A model generated the notes under the pieces. The model saw only the letters and a program-made list of their open reading frames with translations, did no database searches and was not told where the DNA came from. Positions 41,801-50,970 of a stretch of 64,000 nt of DNA are shown piece by piece; within the stretch, counting starts at the first letter, position 1; every line of letters starts with the position of its first letter. Both the position numbers and the translations under genes were made by a program. The stretch is from the NCBI GenBank assembly GCA_019828565.1, contig JAHDYR010000064.1, positions 496,001 to 560,000 on the forward strand. The letters are read 5' to 3'. The stretch is from Carpediemonas membranifera BICM (lineage: Eukaryota; Protista; Fornicata).

Positions 41801-43561
41801 TTATATCGTGCCCTGCTGCCCATGGCGGGCTGCGACGGAGTCAATGACCGCGGCAAGCTGGTTAAACGACAGTGTTGGGTCCTCGAAGAAGTAGTACCGC
41901 AGCGTCCTCTGCGCGAACGACAGCCCCCTCAGCGTCGTCAGCACGAGTCGGTCCGCCGCCCGGTCCGATGCCCGCATCAGTGCTGGCGTGAGCTGATCCT
42001 CGGTTGGGTCCGCCCCCGCCCGCTCGAGGACGGTGGGGCGGGCGGCCGTGAGGCCATCAACCATGCGGCGCACCGTCCCCTGAGCCGGGGGTGCGCGGCA
42101 GTCCTGCCAGATGGCGTGATACACGGCGGCGACGACACCAACCCAGGCGACGAGCATGTACTGGTCGGGCACGTCGAAGTCGAGGGCGTCCCAGATCCAG
42201 CCGAGCATGGACTCGTGCTGGGTCAGGTGGGCGGTGACGACGAGACCGAGGATCGCGTCACGGACGGCAGGACAGTTCGGGCCCCAGGCGAGGTCCTGGA
42301 CGAACAGCTGGCCCCGGTCGAACTCGGCACCACCGAAGTGGGTGAAACGCTGCTGCAGCCGCTCGCTGGCCTTCGCGAAGCTGGCAACGACAGTCTCTCT
42401 GGTGGGCGCCTCGCCGTCCTTGCCGTGGATGCGGTCCGCGTAGTACAAGGCGGGCACATCAGACAGCATCGCGCCGTCCCCGGGGGCGTGGTCCTCGATG
42501 GTCCGGGCAACGGCCATCACCGTCGGGTGAAACTTGGCGTGCGAGAGGACGTCGCGGCCAAACTGCGCCCGCAGCTCCGGCGAGAGCCAATCGTGGAGGG
42601 CCCGGGCGTTGGGGAGCCTGGGTCGGGGTCCGGCGGTCATCAGGTCCCTAGGGCATGGCTGGCAGTTGACCATGATGGTGTCCCGCACGGCCTGCTCCAT
42701 GCCCTCCACGGCCCGCACAGCGTCGAGCCAGCCAGACCCGGTCAGGCTCCTGAAGACGTCCATAAAGTGCCTTTGGGGGCCGCGGGCAGGGAATAAGTGC
42801 TTGCTGTAGTCATTTCCGGTCAGACACGCGGCTATGGCTGCCCTGACGTAGACGGGGACTGGCAAGGGGTCTTTCGCGGTGATGGCCTCGCGCGCCAGGT
42901 ACGGCATGAACGACAATGTCGAGAAGGCCGTCGTCTCGCGGGTTACGTGGAACAGCTGGCTGATGGGGGCGAGCACATGCACCATGGAGGACACCAGATG
43001 CATGTCGCTGTCGTTGCTGGCGACGAGGAACCTCGTGCGGGCTGCCTCGTCACTGTAGCAGAGGCTGCAGATGCGACTGTCCGCCTCCTGCACGATGTCT
43101 ACGTCGTACTCGATGCCGACCTCGAGACACAGGGCCTCGGCGTGCTCCTTGAGCAGCGAGTTGGCTGGGAAGAACATCGGGTGTCCCAGGTTGTCCGCTT
43201 TAAAGGGCACGGGCCGTCCGCGGGCATCCAGGCCGAGCCGCCAGTCGCTGATACTGCTGTTGGCCTTCTCCTCGCGGCGTCTCCTGCCTTCGGGCCCCTT
43301 GGCATGGCTGTGTGCGCCGTCGTCCACGACAATGACGCGGTCCACGGGCAGCCGCTTGAGTGAGGCAAGCATGTTACGCAGACCATCGAGTAGCTCCACA
43401 TAGGAGAATGTTGGATACGTTGCATGGCCCGAACGAATGGCGACGCCGTTCAGGTACTCGAACACGATGCTTGGCCAGTCAAGGAGAATAACAACGTCAT
43501 TTCCGAGTATTAACCGTGAACTAAACCGTTTCGCTTCCTTTGTTAATCCAAGCACTCCCAT
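41801..43561 (-). CDS. PIN-domain (XPG/FEN-like) protein, Asteroid/FAM120-like
   Basis: MGVLGLT, ILLD, VVDDG...K...RRRR, EAD, SNDSD and GNDY motifs. Confidence 0.75.
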   Translation of the reverse strand: MGVLGLTKEAKRFSSRLILGNDVVILLDWPSIVFEYLNGVAIRSGHATYPTFSYVELLDGLRNMLASLKRLPVDRVIVVDDGAHSHAKGPEGRRRREEKANSSISDWRLGLDARGRPVPFKADNLGHPMFFPANSLLKEHAEALCLEVGIEYDVDIVQEADSRICSLCYSDEAARTRFLVASNDSDMHLVSSMVHVLAPISQLFHVTRETTAFSTLSFMPYLAREAITAKDPLPVPVYVRAAIAACLTGNDYSKHLFPARGPQRHFMDVFRSLTGSGWLDAVRAVEGMEQAVRDTIMVNCQPCPRDLMTAGPRPRLPNARALHDWLSPELRAQFGRDVLSHAKFHPTVMAVARTIEDHAPGDGAMLSDVPALYYADRIHGKDGEAPTRETVVASFAKASERLQQRFTHFGGAEFDRGQLFVQDLAWGPNCPAVRDAILGLVVTAHLTQHESMLGWIWDALDFDVPDQYMLVAWVGVVAAVYHAIWQDCRAPPAQGTVRRMVDGLTAARPTVLERAGADPTEDQLTPALMRASDRAADRLVLTTLRGLSFAQRTLRYYFFEDPTLSFNQLAAVIDSVAARHGQQGTI

Positions 43562-43697
43562 AGCGATTGTTCTTCCTACCCTTGCTTGCGATTATTGCGC
43601 AACTCGACTCTACGGCTGGGTCGAAGAACTGGCCGGGAAGCCCGCCTGCTTGCCCTGAAGGAAGCAGAGACAGCCGCAGACATCAAATTACGGCGAT

Positions 43698-44930
43698 TTA
43701 GAAAGGCTTGGCCTTGATGGCCTCGGCAACGAAGCCGGCGAACCTGTCAACGTTGCTGGGATTGAGGCCAGCCATGGAGATACGACCGTTCTCGAGCATG
43801 TAGATAGAGCAGTTATCGCGCAGATAGAGCACCTGGTCGGGGGTCAGGCCCGTGAACGAGAACATACCGACCTGCCGGGTGATGTGGTCGTTCCCGCCAG
43901 GCAGGACGACGCCGTGCTTCTCAAGAGCATCGACGAGGGCCTGACGCATCTCCTGGATGCGGGCAGCCATGGCCTTGAGCTCGACCTCCCACTGGGCGCG
44001 GAGCTCGGGTGTGTTCAGGACAGTGGCGGCGAGGTAGGCGCCGTGGCATGGGCTGGACGAGTGCATAGCGCGGATGGTGCTCTTGATCTGGGTGCGGACG
44101 GCCTCGGCGACCTGGGGGACGCCGCAGACGATGTGGAGGGCGCCGGCCCGCTCGGCATACAGACCCATGTTCTTGGCGAAGGACTGCGACACAAACACCT
44201 CGAAGCCACGCTTGACAGCGTCGCGGATAACGTGGGCGTCGCGGTCGAGGTCACCGGAGGCGTAACCCTGGTAGGCGCTGTCGAAGTAGGGGATCAGCTT
44301 GCCCTGCTCGAGCACGTCGAACACGCGGCCCCACTGGTCGTCGGGGATATCGTAGCCGGTGGGGTTGTGGGCGCAGGGGTGAAGCAAGATGATCGACCCG
44401 GCGGGGGCGGCCCGGAGATCCTCAAGCATGCCCTCCGTGTCCACGGCGCGGTTGCCGAGGTAGCGGTACGTACGGGCAGCGCGGAGCGTGGTCTTCTTGA
44501 CGATGGCAGCGTGGTTGGCCCAGGTGGGGGAGGGGATATAGACCTCGGCGTCGGGGAAGAACGTGTGGATGAACTCGAAGGCCACGCGGAGGCTGCCAGT
44601 GCCGCTGAGCTCCTGAACGGTAACAGTACGCTCCTTGATCTCGTTGTGGAGCTCCTTGCCGAAGATGAGGCGGGCGGCGGCCTCATTGAAGGGGGCGTAG
44701 CCGTCGATGGGGAGGTACTCCTTGGGGAACTGCTGGTCGTAGATCATCTGCTCAGCACGGCGGACAGAGGGGAGGAGGTAGTTCTTGCCGTTCGCATCGC
44801 GGTAGGCACCAACGCCGAGGTTGATCTTGTCGGGGTTGGGATCCGCCTTGAAGAAGCCGTTGAGCTTCAGGATCTTGTCCGGGGGAGCAACAGAGATGTT
44901 TGAGAACATAGTTTCGTTGTGGTGCTCCAT
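43698..44930 (-). CDS. Aspartate aminotransferase (class I)
   Basis: INLGVGAYRD, SGTGSLR, HPCAHNPTG, DSAYQGYASG, SFAKNMGLYAERAG (PLP Lys) and GRISMAGL. Confidence 0.95.
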   Translation of the reverse strand: MEHHNETMFSNISVAPPDKILKLNGFFKADPNPDKINLGVGAYRDANGKNYLLPSVRRAEQMIYDQQFPKEYLPIDGYAPFNEAAARLIFGKELHNEIKERTVTVQELSGTGSLRVAFEFIHTFFPDAEVYIPSPTWANHAAIVKKTTLRAARTYRYLGNRAVDTEGMLEDLRAAPAGSIILLHPCAHNPTGYDIPDDQWGRVFDVLEQGKLIPYFDSAYQGYASGDLDRDAHVIRDAVKRGFEVFVSQSFAKNMGLYAERAGALHIVCGVPQVAEAVRTQIKSTIRAMHSSSPCHGAYLAATVLNTPELRAQWEVELKAMAARIQEMRQALVDALEKHGVVLPGGNDHITRQVGMFSFTGLTPDQVLYLRDNCSIYMLENGRISMAGLNPSNVDRFAGFVAEAIKAKPF

Positions 44931-45041
44931 AATGTGCTTGTTTGGCTTGGTCGGCGCGTCTGTCGACTTTTGAGGACGAATCGAATCTTGTCAGAGATCC
45001 AAAACGACATGTTGCCCGACCCATCGGCAGCCATGCGCCGC

Positions 45042-45068
45042 ACTCCACGGACTCCACGGACTCCACGG
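45042..45068. repeat. Tandem repeat (ACTCCACGG)x3
   Basis: Three exact 9-bp units. Confidence 0.9.
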
Positions 45069-45269
45069 GGCCAGTGACAGTGGTCTTCAGCCATCTTTAC
45101 CTCTGGGCGACGGTCACTGTAGACATCTGGTGACACTGGGCACACTGGCTGGTAGGACATGGATCGGCAGCATCGGGTCAGGGAAGTGACTTTATGCGTC
45201 CTAATCAAACATCGATCAAATCTACAGCCAGGGCAGGCGGTGGCATCGGCCAAACTCTACACCCGGCAC

Positions 45270-46160
45270 TCACACCACCGGGATGGACGACGACGGCGGC
45301 GACAGGTTCATGTACGGGCTGCATGCCAGGGCAGACCCGTCGAAGGACTCGAGCTGGTCTAGGATGTCCCGGTGCCGGGGCGCCTTCGACCCGATGTTCA
45401 GCAGGTGCGACCGGCACATGGACTCGAGCGCGATGACGGGGTTGTCCGCGGACTCAAGGTCAGCCCCCGAGCAGGCCACGAGCTGCCGTGCGTCGAGCCA
45501 GAGCAGTCGGGACGCCTTGGCCGACTCGACCTTGGAGGGCGACACGACCCTGTAGCCCTGGCCAGTGACGTCTGACACGATGGGGTCCACGGTGTGCGGG
45601 GCGAATGACACTGGGTGCCGCAGCCGCACGCCGAGGATGGTCGACAGGGTCTGCAGTAGGATGCACAGGAGGGCAGTGGAGTGGGCTGGCCTGGCCGGGG
45701 AGTACTCTTCGTTATTGATGAAGACCTTGGGCGGCCGCTGCTCGATGATCTTGATCGACAGCATCGTCGTCAGCAGTGCATTCGTCGCCTGGCATTGCTC
45801 AGTGCACACCGTGCGGAAGAGGTCCTGAAGCTCGCCGCGGCTGATGGAACGGGACGCGGACGGCGTCTGTACGGGGCAATCTGCGAGAAGAACCTGGCGT
45901 TTGCTGACGAGACTTGACGTCGCTTCGATCTCATCCCGCAGCTCCTCAACTGCGAAACGCATCTCGTCTGTCTTTCTCTTAGCATACTCGATTCTTTCCC
46001 TAAGCTCGCTCTCCCGGGCTATGCTGGCTCGATCCTGCTTGATCTCTCGAAGCCTGGAATCCAACAACTCCTTTGCCTTGCCATTGGAGTCTAATGCCCG
46101 TTTGTGATGTGCTCTCAGAGTATTCAGTACCTCCTGCCGCAAACGGACGACGCGGCTCAT
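45270..46160 (-). CDS. Vps38/UVRAG/Atg14-like coiled-coil protein
   Basis: N-terminal coiled coil followed by LLQTLSTILGVRLRHPV and ASRLLWLDARQL, similar to the conserved UVRAG/Atg14 region. Confidence 0.55.
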   Translation of the reverse strand: MSRVVRLRQEVLNTLRAHHKRALDSNGKAKELLDSRLREIKQDRASIARESELRERIEYAKRKTDEMRFAVEELRDEIEATSSLVSKRQVLLADCPVQTPSASRSISRGELQDLFRTVCTEQCQATNALLTTMLSIKIIEQRPPKVFINNEEYSPARPAHSTALLCILLQTLSTILGVRLRHPVSFAPHTVDPIVSDVTGQGYRVVSPSKVESAKASRLLWLDARQLVACSGADLESADNPVIALESMCRSHLLNIGSKAPRHRDILDQLESFDGSALACSPYMNLSPPSSSIPVV

Positions 46161-46359
46161 GATGGCGCTGTTCCGAATTATCCTGCGAATCTGGGCGTGA
46201 TCCGGGATGCATCAGACCCACTCCCCACTGCGCACTGAGCTTGACCGGGAGGGCGGATGCCTGCTCGTGCTTGGTTCACCCGCGACATGGCGCAATGTGA
46301 GATGCTAGACCGGCCAGCGCAAAGTCGGGATTGCCGGATGCTTGCGGATCAAATCTAGT

Positions 46360-46544
46360 TTACAGGAGGAGAGCGAGAAACGGAGCAAGGGTATGGGTAG
46401 CACCGACGGCCTGGAGAGCCTTGAACCGGATGCAACGCAGCCGATGGAAGCGCGAATGGCGGCGGCGATGGATCCAGCGGCAACACCACCGCTAGTCCAA
46501 CCAAGGGCAGAGATGCCAGCTATGATGGCGCCAGTGATGAACAT
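46360..46544 (-). pseudogene. IFI6/IFI27 (ISG12)-motif small protein, frameshifted
   Basis: LGWTSGGVAAGSIAAAIRASIGCVASGS; the motif then continues in another frame (ALQAVGATHTLAPFLALLL*) after ~46420. Confidence 0.6.
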
Positions 46545-46776
46545 AATGTTGAATGGTGTGACACCGCCGAATCCGAAAACCTCAGCCGGGTGAATATGGC
46601 GTTAACCTCCAGGCACAAGCAAAGGATCCCACGCCACCCGTACTCCACCCCCGTCGACCCCGGCCACAGTTTAGCCATGAACTTCCCAACGAGCTGCCGC
46701 GCCCGCGAAACTTGGAAACACCCAACGTAACCCCGGGTCTGGCAAGTGTGGCAGGAAGCGACTGACCTATCCGGGT

Positions 46777-49038
46777 TTACTCCATATCAACATCGCCCTC
46801 CTCCTCGGGCTGGGCCTCAGCCTCGCCTTCCTTCGCCTCAGCTTCACCCTCAGCCTCCTTCTCCTCCTTGGGCTCGGGCGGTGGTGGCGGCGCGTGCAGT
46901 GCTGTGTACTTCTCGACGATTGGCGCGGCGAGGGCCTTGACCTGGTCCATCTTCGCGGTCAGGGCGTCCATGGTGGCCTCCTCGCCCTCCTCCGAATACA
47001 GCCAGTCCTCCACGCCCATCAGCGTGCTCTTGATGGCACTCCGCTCCTCCTCTGTGGTCACCTCGGTGTACTTGAGGTCGAGGTCGTCGGACATAGAGTA
47101 GACGAAGCTCTCGAGGTCATTGCGGAGTGTCGCGATTGCTACCTCCCGCCGGTCGATGTCGTTCAGCGACTGCTCCTCCTTGACGTACTTGCAGATCGCC
47201 GCCCCGGGGATGCCGGCCAGCTTCTTGCCCATGGGGAGCGGCCTGAACGTCTTGCGGGTCTTGGTCACCTTCTCATCGATGAATTCGGGCTCGGGCGCCT
47301 TAGGGGCCTCCTTCGACTCCTCCTCGGTCATCGGCACGTCCTCGTCGCCGGCCTCAGGAGCGGGCTCAGGCGTCGTCTCAGCCTCGGGCACGGGCTTCTC
47401 CTCGACGGGCTTGGGCTTCTTGACTACCTCCTCGTACGTCTCAGTGACCTCCATCGTGCTTTCCGACACGTCGAGCACGCCACTGCGGTCAAGTGTCACG
47501 TGTACCTTCACCTTACTCTTCCCCCCGTCCGCGGTCGGCTTGACACCAGTCAGGTTGACTGCCGCGAGGAAGGTGTGGGTCCCGGCGTTGGGGAGGGCGG
47601 CCTGGTCGGCGTAGTGCAGGTATACGTTGAAGTCCTGGCTCCGACGGAATGTCACGGCCCTCGTCATCGGCACCTGGCACCCTCGGTCGAACGCCATGAG
47701 CTGCTCGAGGTCCTCGGCCGTCACCGCGGCGTCGCTCTCCATGGGCTCTGCGGGCTTGACCCCCGGCTTGGCCCAGACCACCGTGACGGGGTTGAGGTTG
47801 TAGTCGTGGACGGCGACGGTCTGGTTCAGCCTAAAGTGCGGGGAGATGAAGGCGCCTTGGAGGGCCGCCCCGTTGCATATGCACTCCTCGTTGTTCAGGG
47901 TCTGGTGCAGGTCCTTAGAGGAGCCCATGCCGAGGGTCCGGGCGAGCTCGTCCTGCACCAGGGGCATGCGGGCCGCCCCACCGATCACCTCGAACGCAGA
48001 GACCGACCCGTCCAGCGGGTTGGCGATCTGGGCCATCTCGAGGGCGCGGCGGACCATGGGCTCGATGCGGGCAGTCACCTCGGCACCGAGGGCGGCGAGG
48101 TCCTCGCGGGAGACTCTAAAGTGCAGGTCGAGGTCGTTGATGAGGCACTCGACGTTGAGGGGAGCCTCGTTGTTGGCCGTGAGGAGCTTCCTGACGCGCT
48201 GGACGCCCTGTACGAGCCTCTGGGCCGCCTTGGGGTTCTCCATGATCTTGACACCCGTGTGCTTCTCCTCAAACTTGTCCGCAAAGTGCTGGGCGAGGAT
48301 CTGGTCGTACGAGCGGCCACCGAGCCACTCGTCGTGGGAAACACCCTCGACTACGAGCGACGCCTTGCCCTCCACGGCCGTGAAGGACATGATGGCGCAT
48401 GTGGCGGAGGCGTGGCCCATGTCGAAAAGCATCATGCGCACGGGCTTGTCCGTGAGGGCGGCGAAGTTCCGGCGGAGCCATGTCACGCCGGCCGCGGCAT
48501 GCTCGGACAGCAGCTGGAGGCAGTTGAGCCCAGCAATCTCCGCAGCGGCAAGGAGGGACTTGCGCTGGTTCTGGTCCCACCAGGAGGGGATGGTGATGAC
48601 GGCGTCCCACGAGCTGGGGACGGTGCCCAGCTTGTGGAGGTTGTCAGCGTTGGCGACATCGCGCATGCAGGAAAGAAGCATGGCGGCGATCTGTTCGCAA
48701 GAGAAGACGCGGTCAGTGTCGAGATAGTTGACGCAGAAGCCGACAAAGCCGTCCTCCATCTCGACTGTGCGGAAGGGGAGCAGCGACAGCTCCTTCTGCA
48801 CATTGGCATCGGCGTACTTGCGGCCGATGAGCTGCTTGACGGCATAGAAAGTGTTTTGCCACTTGCTGTTCTTCCTCTGGTTGGCCTGTTCGCCAATGAA
48901 ACGCTGCTTCTCGTCAAATGTGACGCATGCAGGCGTAGCACGGTTCGAGGCCTCGTTCACGAGGATATCTACACCGCGCAGCCGTGCAATACCAACAAGA
49001 AGGTTCTCTGATCCAAAGTCAATACCTAAACAGGGCAT
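46777..49038 (-). CDS. Hsp110/Sse (HSPA4/HSPH) nucleotide exchange factor
   Basis: GIDFGSEN, VNEASNRATP, DMGHAS, GGAARMP, acidic loop, RNDLESFVY and EDWLYSEEGE. Confidence 0.92.
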   Translation of the reverse strand: MPCLGIDFGSENLLVGIARLRGVDILVNEASNRATPACVTFDEKQRFIGEQANQRKNSKWQNTFYAVKQLIGRKYADANVQKELSLLPFRTVEMEDGFVGFCVNYLDTDRVFSCEQIAAMLLSCMRDVANADNLHKLGTVPSSWDAVITIPSWWDQNQRKSLLAAAEIAGLNCLQLLSEHAAAGVTWLRRNFAALTDKPVRMMLFDMGHASATCAIMSFTAVEGKASLVVEGVSHDEWLGGRSYDQILAQHFADKFEEKHTGVKIMENPKAAQRLVQGVQRVRKLLTANNEAPLNVECLINDLDLHFRVSREDLAALGAEVTARIEPMVRRALEMAQIANPLDGSVSAFEVIGGAARMPLVQDELARTLGMGSSKDLHQTLNNEECICNGAALQGAFISPHFRLNQTVAVHDYNLNPVTVVWAKPGVKPAEPMESDAAVTAEDLEQLMAFDRGCQVPMTRAVTFRRSQDFNVYLHYADQAALPNAGTHTFLAAVNLTGVKPTADGGKSKVKVHVTLDRSGVLDVSESTMEVTETYEEVVKKPKPVEEKPVPEAETTPEPAPEAGDEDVPMTEEESKEAPKAPEPEFIDEKVTKTRKTFRPLPMGKKLAGIPGAAICKYVKEEQSLNDIDRREVAIATLRNDLESFVYSMSDDLDLKYTEVTTEEERSAIKSTLMGVEDWLYSEEGEEATMDALTAKMDQVKALAAPIVEKYTALHAPPPPPEPKEEKEAEGEAEAKEGEAEAQPEEEGDVDME

Positions 49039-49345
49039 ATCGTTAGCTTAGCGACCGGATCGATGTCGTCTCGGATCAATTCAGCGATAATTTAACGAAA
49101 TCGATGTGACAATCTGCCCGTTTGGGTGAGTCAATCTGCTGTTATATACATAATGCCGTCTCCGGTGGGATGCATCCCCAGGCCGGCTTGAGTGTCTCAC
49201 TGTCTCATCGAATGGACAAAGACTAAACGAAGCACCAGAAGCTGTTACAGCGCACACTGCCTTGTTAAAGCTTCACGCCGGGCACTCAGCTTGCCGCCTT
49301 AGTCTCATGCCGGGTGCCCGATCAAAATTCGATTTGATTAGTACG

Positions 49346-50455
49346 ATGCTTCAAGGAGACGGAAAGAGGCATGTACGCCCTTCGAGTGTATGGCAACTCG
49401 ATGGGCTGTCTCTACGTGAGTCTAGGTTAGTGGGTCTTCCTCTTCAAGACATCGTTCGTTTTCTGAAGACCATTTCTGAGTATATCCATGAGCACGGGTC
49501 CGCAAGGATCGATTGGAGCAAAATTGGGCCACAATTCAATCTTGATGCCGAAACCGCGCATGCTGTATGGCGAGTTATTGCATACGAGTGGAAGGGGGAG
49601 GTACCTCAGACTGACATCCCCTCCCCCTTCGACAAAGGACTCGATGTCCCCTCAGAGCTCGAAGACACTCAGTTCATACCCGCCCGGGAGGTCCTGTTCC
49701 CGGTGCAGGAGCGGGTTGTACCCGTGCGGGTCGCCGGGGCGAACGAGGACGGCGACGGCGAGCCTCAGCCGCGGAGAAAGCGTTGGCTCACCCCCGAGGA
49801 CCGTGTGCTGCTCAAAGCATGCTATAGGGCCCTTGGCAGCAACGATGAGGTGTGCAAGAAGGTGTTCTTCACGAAATACGACACGCCCGACGATGCCCGC
49901 AAGAAGACGAAGGAGTTCATGGACAGCATCGACATGGACGCGCTGTTCGCCAAGCACTTCACCAAGGACAGTGGGCGGACGATTGCCCAGTTGAACGCGA
50001 GGCTGGCGTTCATGCGGCGGAAGGCGGTCCAGATGAAGGACGTCATCGGCACCATCATGGGAATCGCCACCATGGAGGACTTCAAGACTATCCTCGACAC
50101 CATCCCGGACGTCGTCACCGCACTTAAACTGCCCGGAATGACCGGTGTCGCCGACCCGAACTCCGCTGAGTCCCGGCCTGTGCAGGTGCAGCCCGCCCCG
50201 CAGCAGAAGAAGCCAAAGCCCGCGCCTACACACACCCCACCAGTCCAGGTTGCCAGACCCGTCCCAACGGCGGTGCCGATACAGCCGTACGGCGACGTCT
50301 CGGTCGTTGCCGAGCCGCAGCAGGGCTACGCCCCGGCGGTGGCGGGACTGGGCGGGCAGTTCCACGGCACGAGACAGCTGACGCCGCAGCAGCAGGCGAT
50401 GATGTTCCAGCAGACCATGCAGCAGCAGCAGTTCCACCAGGTCCGGAAGCAATGA
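49346..50455 (+). CDS. Myb-like protein resembling plant DRMY1, with a Gln-rich tail
   Basis: IDWSK...VWRVIAYE, RRKRWLTPEDRVL and RTIAQLNARLAFMRRK; start inferred. Confidence 0.55.
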   Translation: MLQGDGKRHVRPSSVWQLDGLSLRESRLVGLPLQDIVRFLKTISEYIHEHGSARIDWSKIGPQFNLDAETAHAVWRVIAYEWKGEVPQTDIPSPFDKGLDVPSELEDTQFIPAREVLFPVQERVVPVRVAGANEDGDGEPQPRRKRWLTPEDRVLLKACYRALGSNDEVCKKVFFTKYDTPDDARKKTKEFMDSIDMDALFAKHFTKDSGRTIAQLNARLAFMRRKAVQMKDVIGTIMGIATMEDFKTILDTIPDVVTALKLPGMTGVADPNSAESRPVQVQPAPQQKKPKPAPTHTPPVQVARPVPTAVPIQPYGDVSVVAEPQQGYAPAVAGLGGQFHGTRQLTPQQQAMMFQQTMQQQQFHQVRKQ

Positions 50456-50970
50456 GGGTTACGGGGTCATTTATAAAGCTAGGAGAAGCGGTGTGGAGGG
50501 CCTGTATTCCGGGGTGCGTCTCGGTGTCTTGCATCATTCAATCGGAATGGGAGAGGGGCTCGACCGAGTCGTGGCTTCTCGTGCCGATTGAGCCGACTGG
50601 GTCGAGACCTGATGACACCTGATGGCGACCACACAACGCAGGTACGGTGCCACGTGAGCTGTGGGCAGGGTGGTTTGACATCACAAGGTTTCTGAAGCCT
50701 CCGGAGTTCAAAAGACTACGAAACATGTGTCAATGGAATGGCGTCGCGAGTCATCCACTTCAGGGGAAGACTCGACTGAACCAACGTCTGCCATAAGGGT
50801 AATAGACTTTGCGGGACTAAACTGTCTCCCTCTGTTTCACTCTTTCCTTGCGCTAGATGGACCGACCACACCCATGTCGCGTGGCCGGACCCCGTTTGTT
50901 CCTACTTTGACTCTCAATAGTTCCATGCAGTTCCAGACCATGCAACCAGACTGAATCATATTTATCATAT

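Noticed and set aside
45042-45068. 9-bp tandem repeat as a CRISPR-like array
   Set aside because: There are no spacers, so it is a simple minisatellite. No CRISPR, tRNA or rRNA genes were recognised in the window.
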